Source: Macrostomum lignano (lineage: Eukaryota). From it: 64,000 bases of DNA. The DNA lies in the NCBI GenBank assembly GCA_002269645.1, contig NIVC01000708.1, forward strand, positions 1 through 64,000, given 5' to 3'. Below are positions 62,797 through 64,000 of the stretch, in pieces; positions within the stretch are counted from its first letter, which is position 1, and the number at the start of each line of letters is the position of its first letter. Made by a program: the position numbers and the translations under genes. The notes beneath the pieces are model-generated. The model was not told the DNA's origin, did not search any database, and worked only from the letters and a program-made list of their open reading frames with translations.

Positions 62797-64000
62797 TATT
62801 ACATAGCCTTAACTCACGCGGCACAGAACTTAAGCAATGTCATTGCTGATTCAGTAACGTGTGAATTTGTGAAGGAACTACAAGCGTGCCAAAGTGCTGT
62901 TGCTCATCGTAGCATCAGGGACGTAAGCAGGATTGGGGAGGGGCTTCATTTCATTTTGGTGGCCTGGGCTCTTGATATTTACTAGGATTTGCAATTGCCC
63001 GAAATTTTTTATTTTACATAGTAAGTACCAAAAACGTGCCCATTTCGTGCATCCGCAATAGTTATTTGTTATAAAATATTTTGAAGGCTTAACAATCGTT
63101 TGAAATTAATATTTTTTTCTGGATGCACTTTCTGTAATTACTATCATATGCATATATTAAAAATTCTAAACTGCAGAGTCAGACACTGGTATTACGTTGA
63201 TGTGCAACAGTGTCTGTCCGTCTTGTCAGAAACTGAAAAAAAAACACTAAGAAACCTATATGAATAGTATATAGAAGACTACTCGTAGTGCAAGGCATAC
63301 TAATTACTAACATGTGAAGTACAGCTAGTGATTGCTATATTTTAGAAAGCGAGCGTAACTTGAATGTTCATTTCTATTTGTAAAACACAGACAGGTCTTA
63401 ACTCGGCATAAATAATACAAAGAAGTTTAAAAGTAGGCACATCATTGAACAATGAATCATCCATAACTTTGGGGTCCCCGGTGGAGCGTTGTTCCACTTG
63501 GCCGGGATTAGAAAGCCAACCTGTTGAACTCTTGAAGCAGCCGAAGCTGTATTACCATTGCCAATGGCATTTTTGTTTTTATCATTGCAGTGTCAGCACG
63601 AGTTAGTAGGGGATAACAGGTAGTTGTTGCTTAGTACTTAAACTTCTTAAAGTATAGAATGCCACACACGGGCTTCAGGTTGGGTCAGATGGGTCAGTCA
63701 GTGGGTCAGATTTCCATATGTTCGATTTTGTCTCCAATTTTGACACGTGGTTTTTAATGAAAATTTAGATTACTACCTTTGGAGTTCCTTAATCACTGAA
63801 AGGGTGGGTGTCATTCCGAAGTCACAACTTGCAATTCAACTTAGGCGTAGCCTTGAAACTGACAGTCACCCTTGGGTGGTCAAAGTCGGGTAGAGGAGTG
63901 GGGAAAGTGAAATGTGAAAACACCGTGGGGGTCTTTATCAATGCGCAGGTAGCCGCCCTAGGGGTTCGGAGTGCAACGCTGGGCTGGCATAAAGACCTGA

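Noticed and set aside
60420-64000. Further exons of the 58490 gene (60772-60799 and others) and short ORFs at 60689, 61602 and 62176
   Set aside because: Phases can be made to fit but there is no homology or compositional support; the 62176 ORF overlaps the MITE.

Overview
Eukaryotic (metazoan) genomic DNA, not prokaryotic. It has GT-AG introns, GC-rich exons and introns largely filled with minisatellites. The tropomyosin closely resembles flatworm tropomyosins as I recall them, and the repeat-dense architecture suggests a free-living flatworm such as Macrostomum (inference, not verified). Five intron-containing genes were reconstructed by hand, all on the + strand. (1) A cGMP-stimulated phosphodiesterase PDE2 (GAF-A, GAF-B, HD catalytic domain), entering from the left edge and ending at 23899. 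(2) A tropomyosin locus (27082-43691) with two nearly complete, interleaved exon sets, muscle-type and short cytoplasmic-type, that share a single exon. (3) A strongly divergent alpha-tubulin-like gene (44996-50381, about 850 aa) that keeps GGGTGSG but lacks the catalytic E254 equivalent, the K40 site, the MREC start and the acidic EEY tail, and carries a ~380-aa disordered C-terminal extension. (4) A syntaxin-7/12-like Qa-SNARE (53501-56096). (5) An unidentified Q/P-rich gene from 58490. Non-coding content includes a non-autonomous hAT-type element with an 8-bp TSD and a nested mini-element, two other inverted-repeat elements, and about 30 distinct tandem arrays, several with higher-order structure or reiterated splice-site look-alikes. 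Most long ORFs in the supplied track are repeat artefacts. Exon coordinates come from manual reading; homology calls rest on remembered family sequences, not database searches; repeat boundaries are approximate.
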